Shown piece after piece: positions 33,136 to 53,803 of a DNA stretch of 64,000 nucleotides. Within the stretch, counting starts at the first letter, position 1. The number at the start of each line of letters is the position of its first letter. Source of the DNA: the human T2T-CHM13v2.0 reference genome, Homo sapiens; assembly GCF_009914755.1 (NCBI RefSeq), contig NC_060929.1; one strand, given 5' to 3'. The notes beneath the pieces are model-generated. The model was not told the origin of the DNA. It searched no databases and saw only the letters and a list, made by a program, of their open reading frames with translations. The position numbers and the translations under genes are program-made.

Positions 33136-34064
33136 TAGGCTGGTCTTCTAGTGATCTACCCACCTTGGCTTCCCAAAGTTCTGGGATTACAGGCATGAGC
33201 CACGCCTGGCCAGTTGTTTCTACTTTTCTACTTCCTTTTTCTTTTTTTCTTTTCTTTTTTTTTTTTTTTTTTTGAGACAGAATCTCACTCTGTCACCCAG
33301 GTTGGAGTGCAGTAGCATGCTCACAGCTGCAGCCTCAACCTCCTGGGCTCAAGTGATCCTGCCACCTCAGCCTCCCTGGTAGCTGGGGCTACAAGTATGT
33401 GCTATGATGCCTGGCTAAATTTTGTATTTTTTGTGGAGATGGGGTTTCGCCATGTTGTCCAGGCTGGTCTTGAACTTCTGGGTTCAAGCAATCTGTCTAC
33501 CTTGGCCTCCCACAGTGCTGGGATTACAGGCATGAGCCACCACATCCTGTAATCCCAGCACAGCTGCTCTATTTTCTTGTATTATAAATAATACAGCAAC
33601 AAATTTCCATGGGTAAAACATTGTGTCTTTGTGATAGTGCACATGTTTAGCATTTGGGAATGCTGGTCCAATGTTTCCCAAAATTTCCTCCTAGTTATTA
33701 GGTCTAGTTTCAGGTCCAGGCCCACTTGCATCAGCTGTATCATGTAATCAACCAAGCTGTGTGTGGCTGTGTTCTAAGGCACTATGTCTGATCTTAAACA
33801 GTGTGCCTTACCTACTAGCTCTATGTTAAAGATTCCCTACTTTCTTCCCTCTTTGGTCAGTTCATGCAAGCCATAGAAAGGTACTTCCTTAAGAAAACAA
33901 AAATAAGATGCCCTTTTAGAGTTGAAAAAGTGTGTGTCAGGTCATCAAGGATATTCTGCCTGCTTGACAATTATTTTTGATCATTAGCAAACCAGTGTTC
34001 AAACAAGTTTTGATTGGGAGTGAATCACTTTGCTGATTAATCACTGAGGCAAGTTGTAAAACTA

Positions 34065-35550
<1,486 letters not shown>

Positions 35551-36506
35551 GAACACAAACACAAACCATAGCAAGCTCTAAGCTGTATTAAAATGATATT
35601 TGGGACCGGGCGCAATGACTCATGCCTGTAATCCCAGCACTCTGGGAGGCCGAGGTGGGTGGATCACCTGAGGTCAGGAGTTCGAGACCAGCCTGACCAA
35701 CATGGAGAAACCCCGTCTCTACTACAAATACAAAATTAGCTGGGCGTGATGGTGCATGCCTATAATCCCAGCTACTTGGGAGGCTGAGGCAGGAGAATCG
35801 CTTGAAGCCGGGAGGCAGAGGTTGCAGGGTAAGCCGAGATAACGCCATTGCACTCCTGCCTGGGCAACAAGAGCAAAACTCCATCTCAAAAAAAAAAAAA
35901 AAAAAAAAAAAGATAATTGGTAAACGTCAGAAAGGGGTCTGTCATTCCTCCAGGGCTAGGCTCCTGCAATGTGGTGGCTTCTCCAGCATTAGACTCCTGC
36001 CATGTGCACTGACCAGAGGCACCTCATGACTACAAGCTTCCCAAAGAACCTTTTTGAGCAGCTTCACAGCAGAATGCTGTTGACAAGCCACCTCCTCAGT
36101 GCAACTGGTGCTCTTTCTGGTGGTTTTCCAGGATGTCCCAGAGGCAAGACACATCATCTAGTGAGCTATGTTGCACTTTCTCTGACATCTAGATCTCAGC
36201 TCTGGGGATAAGGAGGACTCTTCCTTGGGTGCTGTATCTCAGCTCCAGGGACAGTGGCTACTCCATTTCTGCTTTCTCTTTAGAGTTCTTTTTAACTTCT
36301 AATACCCAGCCCCTCATTACCTGAATCCCTTAAACTTCGTGTTCAAATTACTGTTATTTCTTTCTCTTCACTGAACTCTGATATGCTGTTTTTATTAGAT
36401 GTTTAAATGTTTTATTTTACATTCTGCTGCTGAGCAATGTTTAAATTTTTATACTCTACATGTTATTTATATGTACATAGTGAATTACCATGTTTTAGTC
36501 CAATAA

Positions 36507-36674
<168 letters not shown>

Positions 36675-37583
36675 TGACCAACTAATTTTTTGTATTTTTA
36701 GTAGAGATGGGGTTTCAGCATGTTGTCCAGGCTGGTCTCAAACTCCTGAGCTCAGGCAATCTGCCTGCCTTGGCCTCCCAAAGTGCTGGGATTACAGGCG
36801 TGAGCCACCACGGCTGGCCCAAGGTTTACTTATTGCAAAGAAATAAGAAAAACTTGGTTAGTGGGCTAAAACATGGTAGTTCATTACATACATATAGTGC
36901 CTGTCTATGCTTGCATCTACAGATTTTCAACATTGGTCTGAACTCAAGACGTTGAAAAATGCCAGAGGGCAGAGTGTGATACTATCCTTAAATCTCCAGG
37001 TAGTACATCTATTCAGACCCCAAGAGTTGTCTGATAAATATGAAATCTATTCAAAATTTAACTGTTCAAAAATTTTAAAACTTTTGAGGATTTTACTCCA
37101 CAATATGTGCTCTTATAGAACCTTTCTTGTGGTTGTGGGGGGATCAGAAAAGGGCAGATTTGATCTAATCAGAATTACTGGAAAATGGCTTGCTATTACC
37201 TCTTAGATGAGCTAACCCAATGCTAAAATTACTATTATTGAGACAGAGTCTCACTCTGTCGCCCAGGCTGGAGTGCAATGGTGCAATCTTGGCTCACTGC
37301 AACTTCCACCTCCCAGGTTCAAGCAATTCTCGTCTCGGCCTCCTCAATAGCTGGGACTACAGGGGCGCGCCACCAAGCCCAGCTAATTTTTGTATTTTTT
37401 TAGTACAGACGGGGTTTCACCATATTGCCCAGGGTGGTCTTGAACTCCTGACCTCGTGATCTTCCCGCCTCAGCCTCCCAAAGTGCTGGGATTACAGGCG
37501 TGAGCCACCGCGCCTGGCCCAATGCTAAAATTATATGTGAGTGGTGTCTTAGATCTCTGTACTTTATGGCGTATGATTAGCAC

Positions 37584-37648
37584 TATCATAGTATGGATCC
37601 TTATCATAGTATGGATATGGATATGGATCCATATCATAGTATGGATCC
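37584..37648. repeat. Short tandem repeat of TATCATAGTATGGATCC (3 copies, with extra ATGGAT units)
   Basis: Copies at 37584-37600, 37602-37616 (partial) and 37632-37648. Confidence 0.85.
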
Positions 37649-37696
37649 TATTTAAGACAAATTTGCTGCAAAAGTAGTATTTCATTGTACAATATC

Positions 37697-37741
37697 TTTA
37701 TTAAAGAAATGCATTCCAGCAACACTGTCAGCATCTTTATT
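37697..37741 (-). terminator. RPL37: Candidate distal poly(A) signals for an extended RPL37 3' UTR
   Basis: Two AATAAA on the minus strand (tttatt at 37697-37702 and 37736-37741). I recall that long RPL37 annotations end about here; not verifiable in this window. Confidence 0.5.
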
Positions 37742-38072
37742 ACCAAAGAAATACATAACTTTAACAGATAATCTCTCTGTATCTTAGTTTTTGCCTTTGC
37801 AAAACAAATGGAGATATATCAACTCTCATACAATTCTAAAAGCATTGTGCTGTGCTGCCTCACAGGGGTACGTTCCCAGAGGTTTCTCTCTCTAGAGCAA
37901 TCCCTAATAGGACAATTGTTCACTCTGAGGCTTCTGGCTTCTTATCTCTCCTCTCTTGGGGAGCTGCTGCTTCTCTGTAGGTTGCTTCCCTGTGACGCAG
38001 GGACCATAGTTTCTGCTCTAATAACACCTTTTCCACTCTGACGTAGCTGAGCCATACACTACATTGCCTTAG

Positions 38073-38444
<372 letters not shown>

Positions 38445-41400
38445 TAAACAACTGTCCTCACTTGAGGAAGCTGGCCTTTCTCCTGTACTGTTTTACCAGT
38501 TGTCTTTTTAAAAAATAACTTTCCTCCAAATAACTTACTAATTTTATTCATATAACACTCCTCAGGAGTTCAAATAATTTTAATCATTTTTAAGGCAAAG
38601 AAAATACTTTTTACATTTGCTAGATGTTTATTTGCAGAGCTACATAAATATAACCTTATTAGAATGGGATTTTTCCTACTTTGGGTAACTATCAAAAGTC
38701 TCACACACACACACAACCCAAAGAAAACATATCCAAGAACGTGGTCAGTTTTCAGTTTTTATCATTATTTATTATTTTATTTTTTATATCCCAGCCCTCC
38801 CATGTAAGACTGGTCATTTTTTAGAATCCTCAGCCATATCAAGGATACAGAAGGGGTCTAGGATAGAGACCAATGAAGAAATTTCTTTGGAGAATTGTTA
38901 AGTGCTCAATTCAGCCTTCTTGGACAAAGGAGTTACTACCTTCTACTTTGAAACCCAGTGAAAGGAACTTCAAGGAAGCCCTTCAGAGAGCTTTGAAATG
39001 TGTTTCGTACAACCATTTAGCTGGGGAGCCCAGAGAGGGCTGCTGCCATGCGATCTCCCTGAAATTGTTTTTTTCAGGCCAGGGATGTGAGAATGTTTCC
39101 TGAGGACCAGATGTGTGACACTCAGGAGAGAGCCGGCATAAAATAGCCCCCAGAGGTAAAGAAAACCTCAGGACTGAGGCTGGATACTAAGGGTTAGGAA
39201 AGAATTACAGACTTTTCTTGAGACAGGGTCTTTGTCATCCAGGCTGGAGTGCAGTGGCACAATCAAGGTTCACTGCAGCCTTGACCTCCCAGGCTCAAGC
39301 AATCCTTCCACCTCAGCTCCCTGAGTAGCTGGGACTACAGGCACATACCACCATGCCTGGCTAATTTTTTGTATTTTTAATGGAGAAGAGGTTTCACCAG
39401 GTTGCCCAGGCTGGTCTCAAACTCTTGGGCTCAAGCCAATGGCACCTCTGAGCCTCCCAAAGTGCTGGGATGACAAGCATGAACCTCCGAACCTGGCAGA
39501 GTATTTTAAATTGAGATGGGTCCATCAGATACAAGGATAACTACCCAGCAGGGAACCTCCAAAGAGGTCATACAAATGCCTGAGACAGAAAAAGTCGATT
39601 TAATTATCTGCGGGGCCCAGGGATTATGAAGCCAGCCAGCCAAGGAAGAACTACCCTATCTCCTCACTCCTCACCTTTTGTACCTCCAGTCTACACTTTA
39701 ATCCCACTGAGTTAACTTGCAGCTCACAGCTCCAGAAAAGTATAAGGAGAAAGCTGAAATCAGAGGAATCGTGCCCTCCACTGCCAGCTTGCAGTTTAAA
39801 GCACACCCAAGCTATAATTAAGATTACCTTCTGACGATTACATAGGACTGCACGTTTTACCTATTGAAATAAAACTGTTTTCGCAACTAATCATGATGAA
39901 AATACTTTTTGTTATCTGTGAGTAATCTAAAAATACATGGGTCAGGTCAAGTCTTCATCCTGGGGCACCAGGGTATACTCCCACCGTATAAAGACACAAA
40001 CATAAAAGCAATGTTTTGATCTGAATCCAATCCACACACGATGCTTATTCTACATACTCGTGTACATGAGAACCATTTTTCCATTGCAACTTTTCTTGTC
40101 AAAACATCCTTCTACTTACAAGGAAGATTTTGCTTAAGTCCTTCCTTTATCCTTTTTTTTTTTTGAGATGGAGTCTCGCTCTGCCGCCCGCCGTTCTCTC
40201 AGCTCACTGCAACCTCTGCCCCCCAGGCTCAAGCGATTCTCTCGCCTCAGCCTCCTGAGTAGCTGGGATTACAGGTGTGCACCACCAGGCCTGGCCAGTC
40301 CTTCCATTCTTAGTTCTTGAGGTTATGCAGTGTCTTTGCCCTGTGCTTCTCTTGTATTATGATCCAAACTCCTTTGTTTAAAAAAAAAATAAAACACCTA
40401 AATATAATCCAAATGTGCTAATAAATGTGAAACAGCCTCTTTCTCTGAAACAAGTTCTTCAGTAAAATAATTCTGTAATGTATTGCTTTGCTTTTCTTAC
40501 ATGAAGTTATGCTATTACAAAATTAAGTTTCAATTACAGGCAAGGTTAAACTCTGCAAGCAACCCAAAACTCAAAAAGGGCTGAATGATAAGTCATTCAG
40601 GTAAAGACAAAAGAATGGCTCCTTATCATTCAACTTAACCAACCTTCTAAAGGTTCCTCCATCCCCACTGTCTATTACGCTCGTGGTATCCTTGTCTTAC
40701 ACACTTATCACTATCTGCAATTGTCTATTATGTCACCTTCCACAAACATACATACAGTATATACATGATTGAAATCTGTCAGGGCAGGGTCTTTGTCTTG
40801 TTTTCCACTTAAAAGTTTCTGGGCCTAGATAGCTTTTGACACATAGTAGTCACTAAATAGATACTTGCTTCATGAATGAAGGGCACCATTTAGTCAATAA
40901 AAGGGAACCACAGAATAGGTAAACTTCCAAAAGTATCTAGTGTTGTCTTTTAAACTAAACTCCCCATTCCTCACTGCCCAATCTCGTGACCTCTTGGCAA
41001 ACTGGTTTTTCTTTGCTGCTCTAACATGAGAGAGGTTTATGAAAAGTAAAGACTAGCCTAAATTTTGCCAAATCCAGAATTTTAAAATATATCTTCATTC
41101 TCTTTGGCCTCAGCCACATGTGACTGAGTGCCCCCCTCAAACAATCCCCTTCCTTGGTTTGTGTGACTCCATCCAATTCTAGTTCCTGGGCTAATTCTGC
41201 AACCACTGGAGTCAGAGGGCAGAAAACACATCTGGTTTTGCTCCCACTGTATCTCTAACATGGCTTGGCACACAGTAGGTGCACCATACATAAATATGTC
41301 AACAAATGAACTTCTCCCTCTCTCCACTTCTGTCTCCAATGGACATCTCCCCAAATCTTACTTTGAGACTCTAAATTATCTTTTTGTTTTTGGAGTCTGT

Positions 41401-42704
41401 AAATTCACAAATGGTTTCCACCAATACTAAGTCAAGGATAGTTACTGAAGTTCATCGATGAACTCAAGCCCTCTTGCTTACTCTGACTTCTACATGCCTA
41501 TCAAATCTCAGTGTTCTCATTTTCATGCTTAAATTATACAGAAATGGGAAGCTTGGAAGTTAGCTACTCACTTGCACATTCAAGTTTTAGATGTTTTCTG
41601 TAGAGAACTCCCGGACAGCCCCACAGCCATTGCCTTAGTCTGTCATGATTTTCACATGAACTATTTAAGAACCTGTTACCTAGTTTCCAGCTTCAAGACT
41701 CATCACATGCACACTAACACTTTCCACATTCATCTTGCTAGAATAACTATTCCTAACATTCTGGTTTAAATCCTCTGTAATTTCTCAAGACAAATTCTTC
41801 ATAATCTGATCGCTGCTCTTCCCTGAATTCTTTTCTTACCAACCCTACACCCCATCCTTCTAACCTGACAACCAAGGTGTCCAGTTTCATAGTTATGCCC
41901 TCCTCTGACTGGTTACCATTATGTCAGCTGTTTCATTGCTGGCAAAGCCACTTACCTTCTCTCTCATCATGATTCCTTCAAGTCCTCCCTGGCTCAGCTT
42001 AAATCTTAGCCTGGCTTCACCTATTGAGTGACAAACTCCTTTCCAATGCTCTCACAGAAACTCATGCATTTATCCATCATAGTGTGTGTGTGTGTGTATA
42101 CATATATATATATATATATATCAACAATATATAATTGTGTCTCAATTAGAGGTGAGGCCTCTGCAGCTCACCGCAACCTCCGTCTCCCAGGTTCAAGCAA
42201 TTCTCCTGCCTCAGCCTCCCTAGTAGCTGGGATTATAGGCATGCACCACCACGCCCGGCTAATATTTTTGTATTTTTAGTAGAGACGGGGTTTCTCCATG
42301 TTGGTCAGGCTGGTCTCGAACTCCCCACCTCACGTGAACTGCCCACCTTGGCCTCCCAAAGTGCTGCGACTATAGGACGTGAGCTACCGTACCCGGCCGC
42401 CACAGATTCAACCTTTCTATTTTTGTAACTTTACAGAACATAACCAGTTACATGTGGAAACAGGTAGTCTGCTTTGACAGCTGGGGGCAAATCAACCTGA
42501 CTTTGTGAACTAAGATGGGAGGGAAGTAGGGGCTGGAGGGAGGCTTTTCAGGCAGAGGACAGAGTTGAAAAGCAGATGGGGTACTTAGGAAAAATAAATT
42601 TAACATTTTTGCACACCAACATATAACACTGCAGAGAAGATAAAAGCATAATTTCTGCTGAAAAATTTAAAGTATAATGGGTATCTATACATAACTATAA
42701 CTTA

Positions 42705-42881
<177 letters not shown>

Positions 42882-42915
42882 TTATTTTGTTTCATTTGAA
42901 AATTTGAGTCATTAG

Positions 42916-43155
<240 letters not shown>

Positions 43156-44899
43156 TGATCCGCCCACCTCGGCCTCCCAAAGTGCCAGGATTACAGCCGT
43201 GAGCCACCACACCGGCCTCAAGGGTTGTTTATATGGGGGTCAGGGTACTTTCACTAGACTTAGACTTCTGAAGCCCAAACTGGCCAAACTTCACCAGCTT
43301 TACATTATACCCACAGCAACTCAGCTGTCTTTCAAGGTCATTGTTCAATCTTCAACAGACTATCTTCACTTGAAAATTTGATGACGACAGCCGGGAGTGG
43401 TGGCTCACGCCTGTAATCCTAGCACTTTGGGAGGCCGAGGCGGCGGATCACGAGGTCGAGTTCGAGACCAGCCTGGTCAACATGTTGAAACCCAGTCTCT
43501 ACTAAGAATACAAAAAGAATTAGCCGAGTGAATCTCCATCTCTACAAAAAACACAAAAATTAGCCAGGTGTGGTGGTGTGCATCTGTAGTCCCAGCTACT
43601 CAGAAGGCTGAGGCAGGAGAACCACTTGACTTGAGCCCAGGAATTAGAGGCTGCAGTGAGCCAGGATTGCGCCATTGCACTATCTGTAAACAAGAAAGGC
43701 AATGGCAATTGGACTCTAACCATACATCTTTAAAGTATAGTCTCACATTTCGGGAGGAAGCCCAAGAGAGATTTAATCAGCAGGGTTTCTTTATAAGTGA
43801 ATGTTCTGAAGCTGAGACCTGAAGGGTAAATTAGGAGTTAAAATACAAGATGAGAGTAGCAATTAGCTAGCACATTATAAAGCCATTCCAGGTTACAAGT
43901 AAAAGTGATACCCTTCCAAGGCCAGGTTAAGAACCTCAGATGTTATTCTAAACACAGTGGAGAATTATAATTTAAATAGCATGACTTGGCTACATCACTA
44001 TTTTATGTAGCTGTTCCAGCAATTCATGTTCCCTTCAACTGCCCCTGCCCTCTCACTCAGCAGTCCAGTTGACTTTGTCCCTTCATTTTAAAAAAACAAA
44101 AAAAACCCCCAACCCTGTCAATAAACCACGAAAACTAGGAAGGCACGACAGCAAGTTTCAGTGCTTTAACACAGAAACACCCAATTACCAAGTTGAGGGC
44201 TAAAAAAATTCGACCAAGTAGTCCCACATCATTGCCTTTAGTCTACAAATCTCAGGGATTATACTTGATTTTCCTTTATTTCCTGCTCAATCTTTACTTG
44301 CACCCAAGCCCTACTTTTTCTCAAACCTATTTACATATTCTTAAGTTGACTCACACCTAGCAGGCTTTTTTCACTTAGCTAGCCACCTTACACACAGCCC
44401 ACAAGTCAGGTGTGCCAAGTGAGCATTACAGATACTAGGATAAGATCATCTTTTGAAAAACAGAAGCCACCTAAACTCCTACCCATACGTTTCCAGTGGT
44501 ACTCCCAAGCTCTATGTGACTAATAATCATCCCCCTAGTCATGACAGCATAGCAGATGAACATGTTGCTAAAGGTAATTTAAACATCATACTCTTTCAAA
44601 TTTACTCAAACATCTAAAATACCCACCTATGCCACATGAGCTGTGCTATTTTAATCTGCTATATTGTCTTCCAGTGCCCTCTGCTTCAAGGACTCCTGGA
44701 ATTCTGCTTGTTTCTCATTGCCTTTAACCGTGTTACAAACCCAGTCCAAAAGTAAACATTCCAAAACAGTCACTTAACAAGTAAATCTGATATGAAGCTA
44801 GCCCAGTCCCTAAACCTACAGTATTTCACTGATACTACAAGCCTAATTGATTAAAAATACCTTACCAAAACCAGATATGTATTTTTTAAAACCAGAACA

Positions 44900-44905
44900 T
44901 TTATT
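44900..44905 (-). terminator. RPL37: Proximal poly(A) signal of RPL37
   Basis: AATAAA 22 nt downstream of the stop codon, followed by U/GU-rich sequence. Confidence 0.9.
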
Positions 44906-44927
44906 GCATGACTAATCGTTGACATTC

Positions 44928-45029
<102 letters not shown>

Positions 45030-45079
45030 TCAGCAACATCGATGCATACATTTTAATTTTTGTTAAACAGATTTCAATG

Positions 45080-45159
45080 CGCTTATCTCAGTTAAATGCT
45101 GAAATCAATACTGCATTCATATGTTCAGACATTTATTTTTACAACATCACTGATAAGCT
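45080..45159 (-). ncRNA. SNORD72: C/D box snoRNA SNORD72 in RPL37 intron 3
   Basis: Terminal stem GCTTATC/GATAAGC; C box variant GTGATGT; D box CTGA; guide AAATGTCTGAAC complementary to 28S rRNA GUUCAGACAUUU; ~80 nt from the 3' splice site. Confidence 0.92.
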
Positions 45160-45671
45160 GAAATTCTTCACTTTGCTTAAAGATACCCATTTTCGGATAT
45201 AGTTAACTGCAACTGCAATAAAGGCTCAAAAACTTATTTGGCTATACTAGTCATTGGGCCAGTATGTTTGTTCATATTTGGCAAGAGATCACAGATTATT
45301 TGTGAAAATGGTTCCCTATACTGAGAATAGATCCCAACTACTTTCACTAAGCAAGGAAAAAACAATTAGCATGTTTAATGGCAGACATTTTCTAAACCAA
45401 GAGCTTTGCATTTTAACTTATTTAACATCTGTATCTACTCTAAGAAGTATCTACTCTAAGAAAGGTCAACTATCCTACTTTTAAAAGCCTGGCTTCAGTT
45501 CAAGCTCTTAACTCCTATATTGTACTAACAGACCACTCAACATTAAGCCCACAAAAACGTTATGACCCTAAATGCAAAGAAAGTTGCTTCAGCACATGAA
45601 CACACCTATGGGTGTCTACAAAGCCCTGAACTGTCTTGCTATCTTTAAAACTGGACACTCCGGAGACTGAG

Positions 45672-45765
45672 TGGGTAGAGGCTAGGGATTCTGCAAAATA
45701 TTCAATTTTGCACTGGACAATCCCACCACAAAGAATTATCCAGCCCAAAGTATCAATAGCTGAGA
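45672..45765. mobile_element. MER20-like DNA transposon fragment
   Basis: gggtagaggctagggat...ccaccacaaagaattatccagcccaaa. Confidence 0.6.
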
Positions 45766-46582
45766 ATTGCTGAAATAGAACATAGTAACGGAAGGAGCAC
45801 CAGCTTTAAAGTTAAGTCTGCATCATTCTGAATCTTAGCTGAGATCTTAGATGGGTTAATCTCTTAGAAACTACTCTTTAATATGCAGGTTCTCTCAGCT
45901 AAGTCTACGGCGGAGCTGAGATTCTGCATTTATAACTCTAAGGCCAAGACTTGAGTAACAAGAGCCCAAGGCAACAGCAGCAACCAGGGCAATTTTCTAC
46001 AGCACTCTTGCCCACAGCCACTATACTAAAGGTTGAACCAAGCCTGACTCCAGACCTTATTCACTACTGTCTTGACAAATTTTGACACCAATTAAACCTA
46101 ATAAATATCAACACTTTGGGACCCTAGTTCAAACAATGCTCCTGTTATTTAATTTATACTACTGTTTAGTGAAAAAACTACTAATAAAATCCAAACTAAC
46201 TGATGTCAAGGTTACAGCGGCAGAAGATAAAAGCTTTCAACATCTGGCCTGAGCCCAGGAGTTCCGAGATTATCCTGGGTAACATGACAATATCCCATTC
46301 TCTACAATAAATACAAAAATTAGCTGGGCATGTGGCAGCGCACACCTGTAGTCCCGGGTACTCGGGCGGCTGAGATGAGATTACCTGAGGCTGGGGAGAC
46401 TGAGGCTGCACTGAGCCGTGATCGTGCCACTACACTCAAGCCTGGGCAACATAGTGAAACCCTGCCTCAAAAACAACAATAAATAAAAAGCTTCCAACAT
46501 CTCATCCCCAGTAACCATCAGGGTACTGTTATCTTTTTACAAGTAAACACGAGGGTTTCATTCAAGCCCACTGGACCAATTA

Positions 46583-46702
<120 letters not shown>

Positions 46703-46889
46703 TCAGAAAAGATTTCAAACGGTGTTCTCCCACACACCTTGTAGGTGTTGTTAACACACGAGTTTTATGCCACCTCATCGGCATACAGATGTACGAGTTT
46801 TAAGATAGGCACCAAATAAAGTTCAAACCTATGCCCCCACTTAAGTGCAATACAAACAAAAGCTAACACAGTTGGCCTGAAAAATGTTA

Positions 46890-47072
<183 letters not shown>

Positions 47073-47559
47073 CTAGATTTACTCGAGTTCTCCGGGAAAC
47101 CAATTACTGATAAAATTTAAAGGCAATCGTAAAGATCGAAACTGCGGGAGAAGCCTCTTTCCACGAATGCCAAGTCAGAGACCACTACCCGCATTTCACG
47201 TTACCTAAAACCCTCCGCAAGAGTTGCAATGTTCTGAAATGCACCTTATCTTTACAGACTCCGGCCAGAGAGCATCACCAATGAATTATTTCATTGTTAC
47301 ACAGAGCCAAACATTCCCAAACTCCTTCCCTCGGCTCCCAACCAAGGCTAGAGCCGTGAAAGGTCTCCAAAGGTTGGACCGAGGCAAAGGACACAATGCG
47401 GCTCTAGCACCACAATTACGGCGGGATAGGTCCCCCAGGCACCAGTTAGCAGTCATTCTTCTGGCTCTTGAGGGCCACCGCATGCCTCTTTCCAGCCCAC
47501 CAGTTCCCCTTATCCGGAATCTTGCCAGCCCCCCAAGCACAGCAAACAGAGAGGCACAA

Positions 47560-48200
47560 AGGACGAGGATGGAACGCGATTCACAAACACCACAGTCACA
47601 ACTCACCATCTCGCTTCTGCGGCCGAGACCAGAAAGACCGGAAGAGAAGGCACTTCCGCTATATCACGCTCAGAAGCTTCCGCCCAGGGAAGCACTTCCT
47701 GCGGGGCGCGGTGCAGCGTTCTCGAGCGTCCGTCGTCGTAGTGTAGGTGGGGTCAAGAGGAGGATGCGGTACCAGGCAGGGCCGATCGCGTTTCAGTGCC
47801 GGAAAGGCGGGCGGGACTCCCAGTTTTCTGGCGACCGGATGGGCGAGTCTTCGTCGGGCCTGCTTAGACCCTGAGGGCCGTTTAGATTAGTTTTGCTTTT
47901 CGTGCTGCTGTTGCTGGTGCTACTGCTACTACTGATCGGTTTCGCATGTTAGCAGTCAGATCTGTTGCTATACCGTCGATTACTGTCTTCTAGGCACATG
48001 GAGAACCTGGAATGCGGGGCTGGCCCTGCCCAGGGGTACCCGCACCGACTGAGCGTCCCCGGCGTGTAATGACCGTGTGCGCCTGGGATAATCCCTTTTA
48101 GGAGAAAGCAACTTCTCCAGCAGCCTCCTCATTCCGATCCCGGAGGCTTTTGGCCGACGCTGACTTTCCCTGCGAGAGGTCGCTAGGAGTACGGAGGCAT
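47560..48200. promoter_or_regulatory. RPL37: RPL37 CpG-island promoter with TCT/5'TOP initiator and ETS/GABP-like sites
   Basis: Minus strand CCTTCTCTTCCGGTCTTTCTGG at 47650-47629; several GGAAG cores at 47638-47702; GC box ~47808. Confidence 0.88.
47607..47609 (-). CDS. RPL37: RPL37 exon 1 coding part (ATG only)
   Basis: GAGATG|GTGAGT, in frame with exon 2. Confidence 0.95.
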
Positions 48201-48315
48201 GGAGCTGGAGCTTAGAATATAAAGGGAAAAGCAGACAGTGATTTTGTTGTTGTTGTTACTGTAGTAAATCAGAGGCAAGTTATCTGATCCCATATTTCAT
48301 TGTGCCAAGGAATCA

Positions 48316-52323
<4,008 letters not shown>

Positions 52324-53803
52324 GGATTTTAAAATTCTTTTTTAACCTTGGAGATACCAGAATTGTATTACTCATTATCCTTGGTTCCTAATAGCATTGG
52401 TTCATGCATGTTCTGCTTTTATTTACATATTAGCTATTTACCTTTAACAATATAGTAGCCCTGATAGGCCCAACTCCTACATTGTAGGACATCCATGATC
52501 TCCTCCCCAATCCCATCCCATCCCCAAGCTCCCCATATGCGAGGTAACCATCATTCTGAATTTCATATTTATCATTCTTTGCTTTTTGTTTTGTATAATT
52601 TTAATGACTTCATGTATACTCTTAAATGTAAGGGTGTGTTTATTTTCAACTTTTAAAAAGGTTGTCATACTGTATATAATCTTTTGGGATTTACAGTTTT
52701 TCCTTACTATTGTTATGATTTCTCTATATTGTGGGTCACTGAAGTTCATTCTTTTTGAATGCCATGTAATATTATGTTATAAGAAATATCACAGTTTATT
52801 CATCCAGTATCCTGTTGCTAGTTATGCAGATCGCTTTCAGGTTCTTGTGAACTATGAAGGAGTAAATAAAGACCAACCAGGTAATTTTCTTAAAATAAAT
52901 AATAATAAAAAACCAAAAATGTAAAATATTAAATAGTAATGTTTAAAGTGGAAGTATAAATCTCCCTGTAGTCATATTCTCAGAGATAACCAGTGTTAAA
53001 ATTTGGGATATCTCTTGTCTTCTTTAAAATATAATGCATATCTGCATATACATATTATATACATATACTATATACACATTAAGTTTTTTAAAACAAAAAT
53101 GAGATCTATAACTTGCTGTTTCCATAGCAATATATCATGGATATCATTACTTGTCAATATGTAGAGATGTACTTTATCCTTTTTAACAGTTCTTTGGTGT
53201 TTCACTGTCGACATGTCAATATTTATTCCCTAAACCCCAACTTTGGTTATTTTCAATTTTGTACTGTTGTAAACAATGTTGTAATGCAGATTCTTGTACA
53301 TACATCTTCGGGCATTTGCTCAATTATTTCCTTAAGATAATTTCCTAGAACTGGAATTGCTGGGTTGAAGGATATGAAGTTTTATTTTTGTCTGTCTTCA
53401 ACTTTATTTATTTATTGCTGTATATTGCCATATTGCCCACCAAATATCAATTAATAATTTACATTCTTGGCATCATAGTATAGTTCTCTGAGCAGGGAAT
53501 ACCTAGTCCAACCTGAAGTTCAAGAGCGACTTCTTGGAGGAGGTGACCCTGGGTCTGAGTCATGGTGAGAATTTATCAAGACTTCAAAAGAGCAGATAAA
53601 TAATCCACAAGGACCCCGGATCAGAGAGTGCTCCGAGCTGGGTTGCCCCACTGTGCTTGTATCTGCACTCTCCAACACTAGGCATCATTGACATGTTAAA
53701 GCTTAGCCAAATAGAATTGTTCTTTGTCATTCTTTTTTTAACTTTTACTTATTCATTAGGATGATTTCATAATATATTTCCTGGTTTAGAGGAAACAGGA
53801 ACA

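Noticed and set aside
47224-47874. 216-aa plus-strand ORF antisense to RPL37 exon 1
   Set aside because: Non-ATG start, CpG-island composition, no recognisable domain
47901-47937. Imperfect (CTG/CTA)n tract upstream of RPL37
   Set aside because: Short and interrupted; no sign of expansion potential
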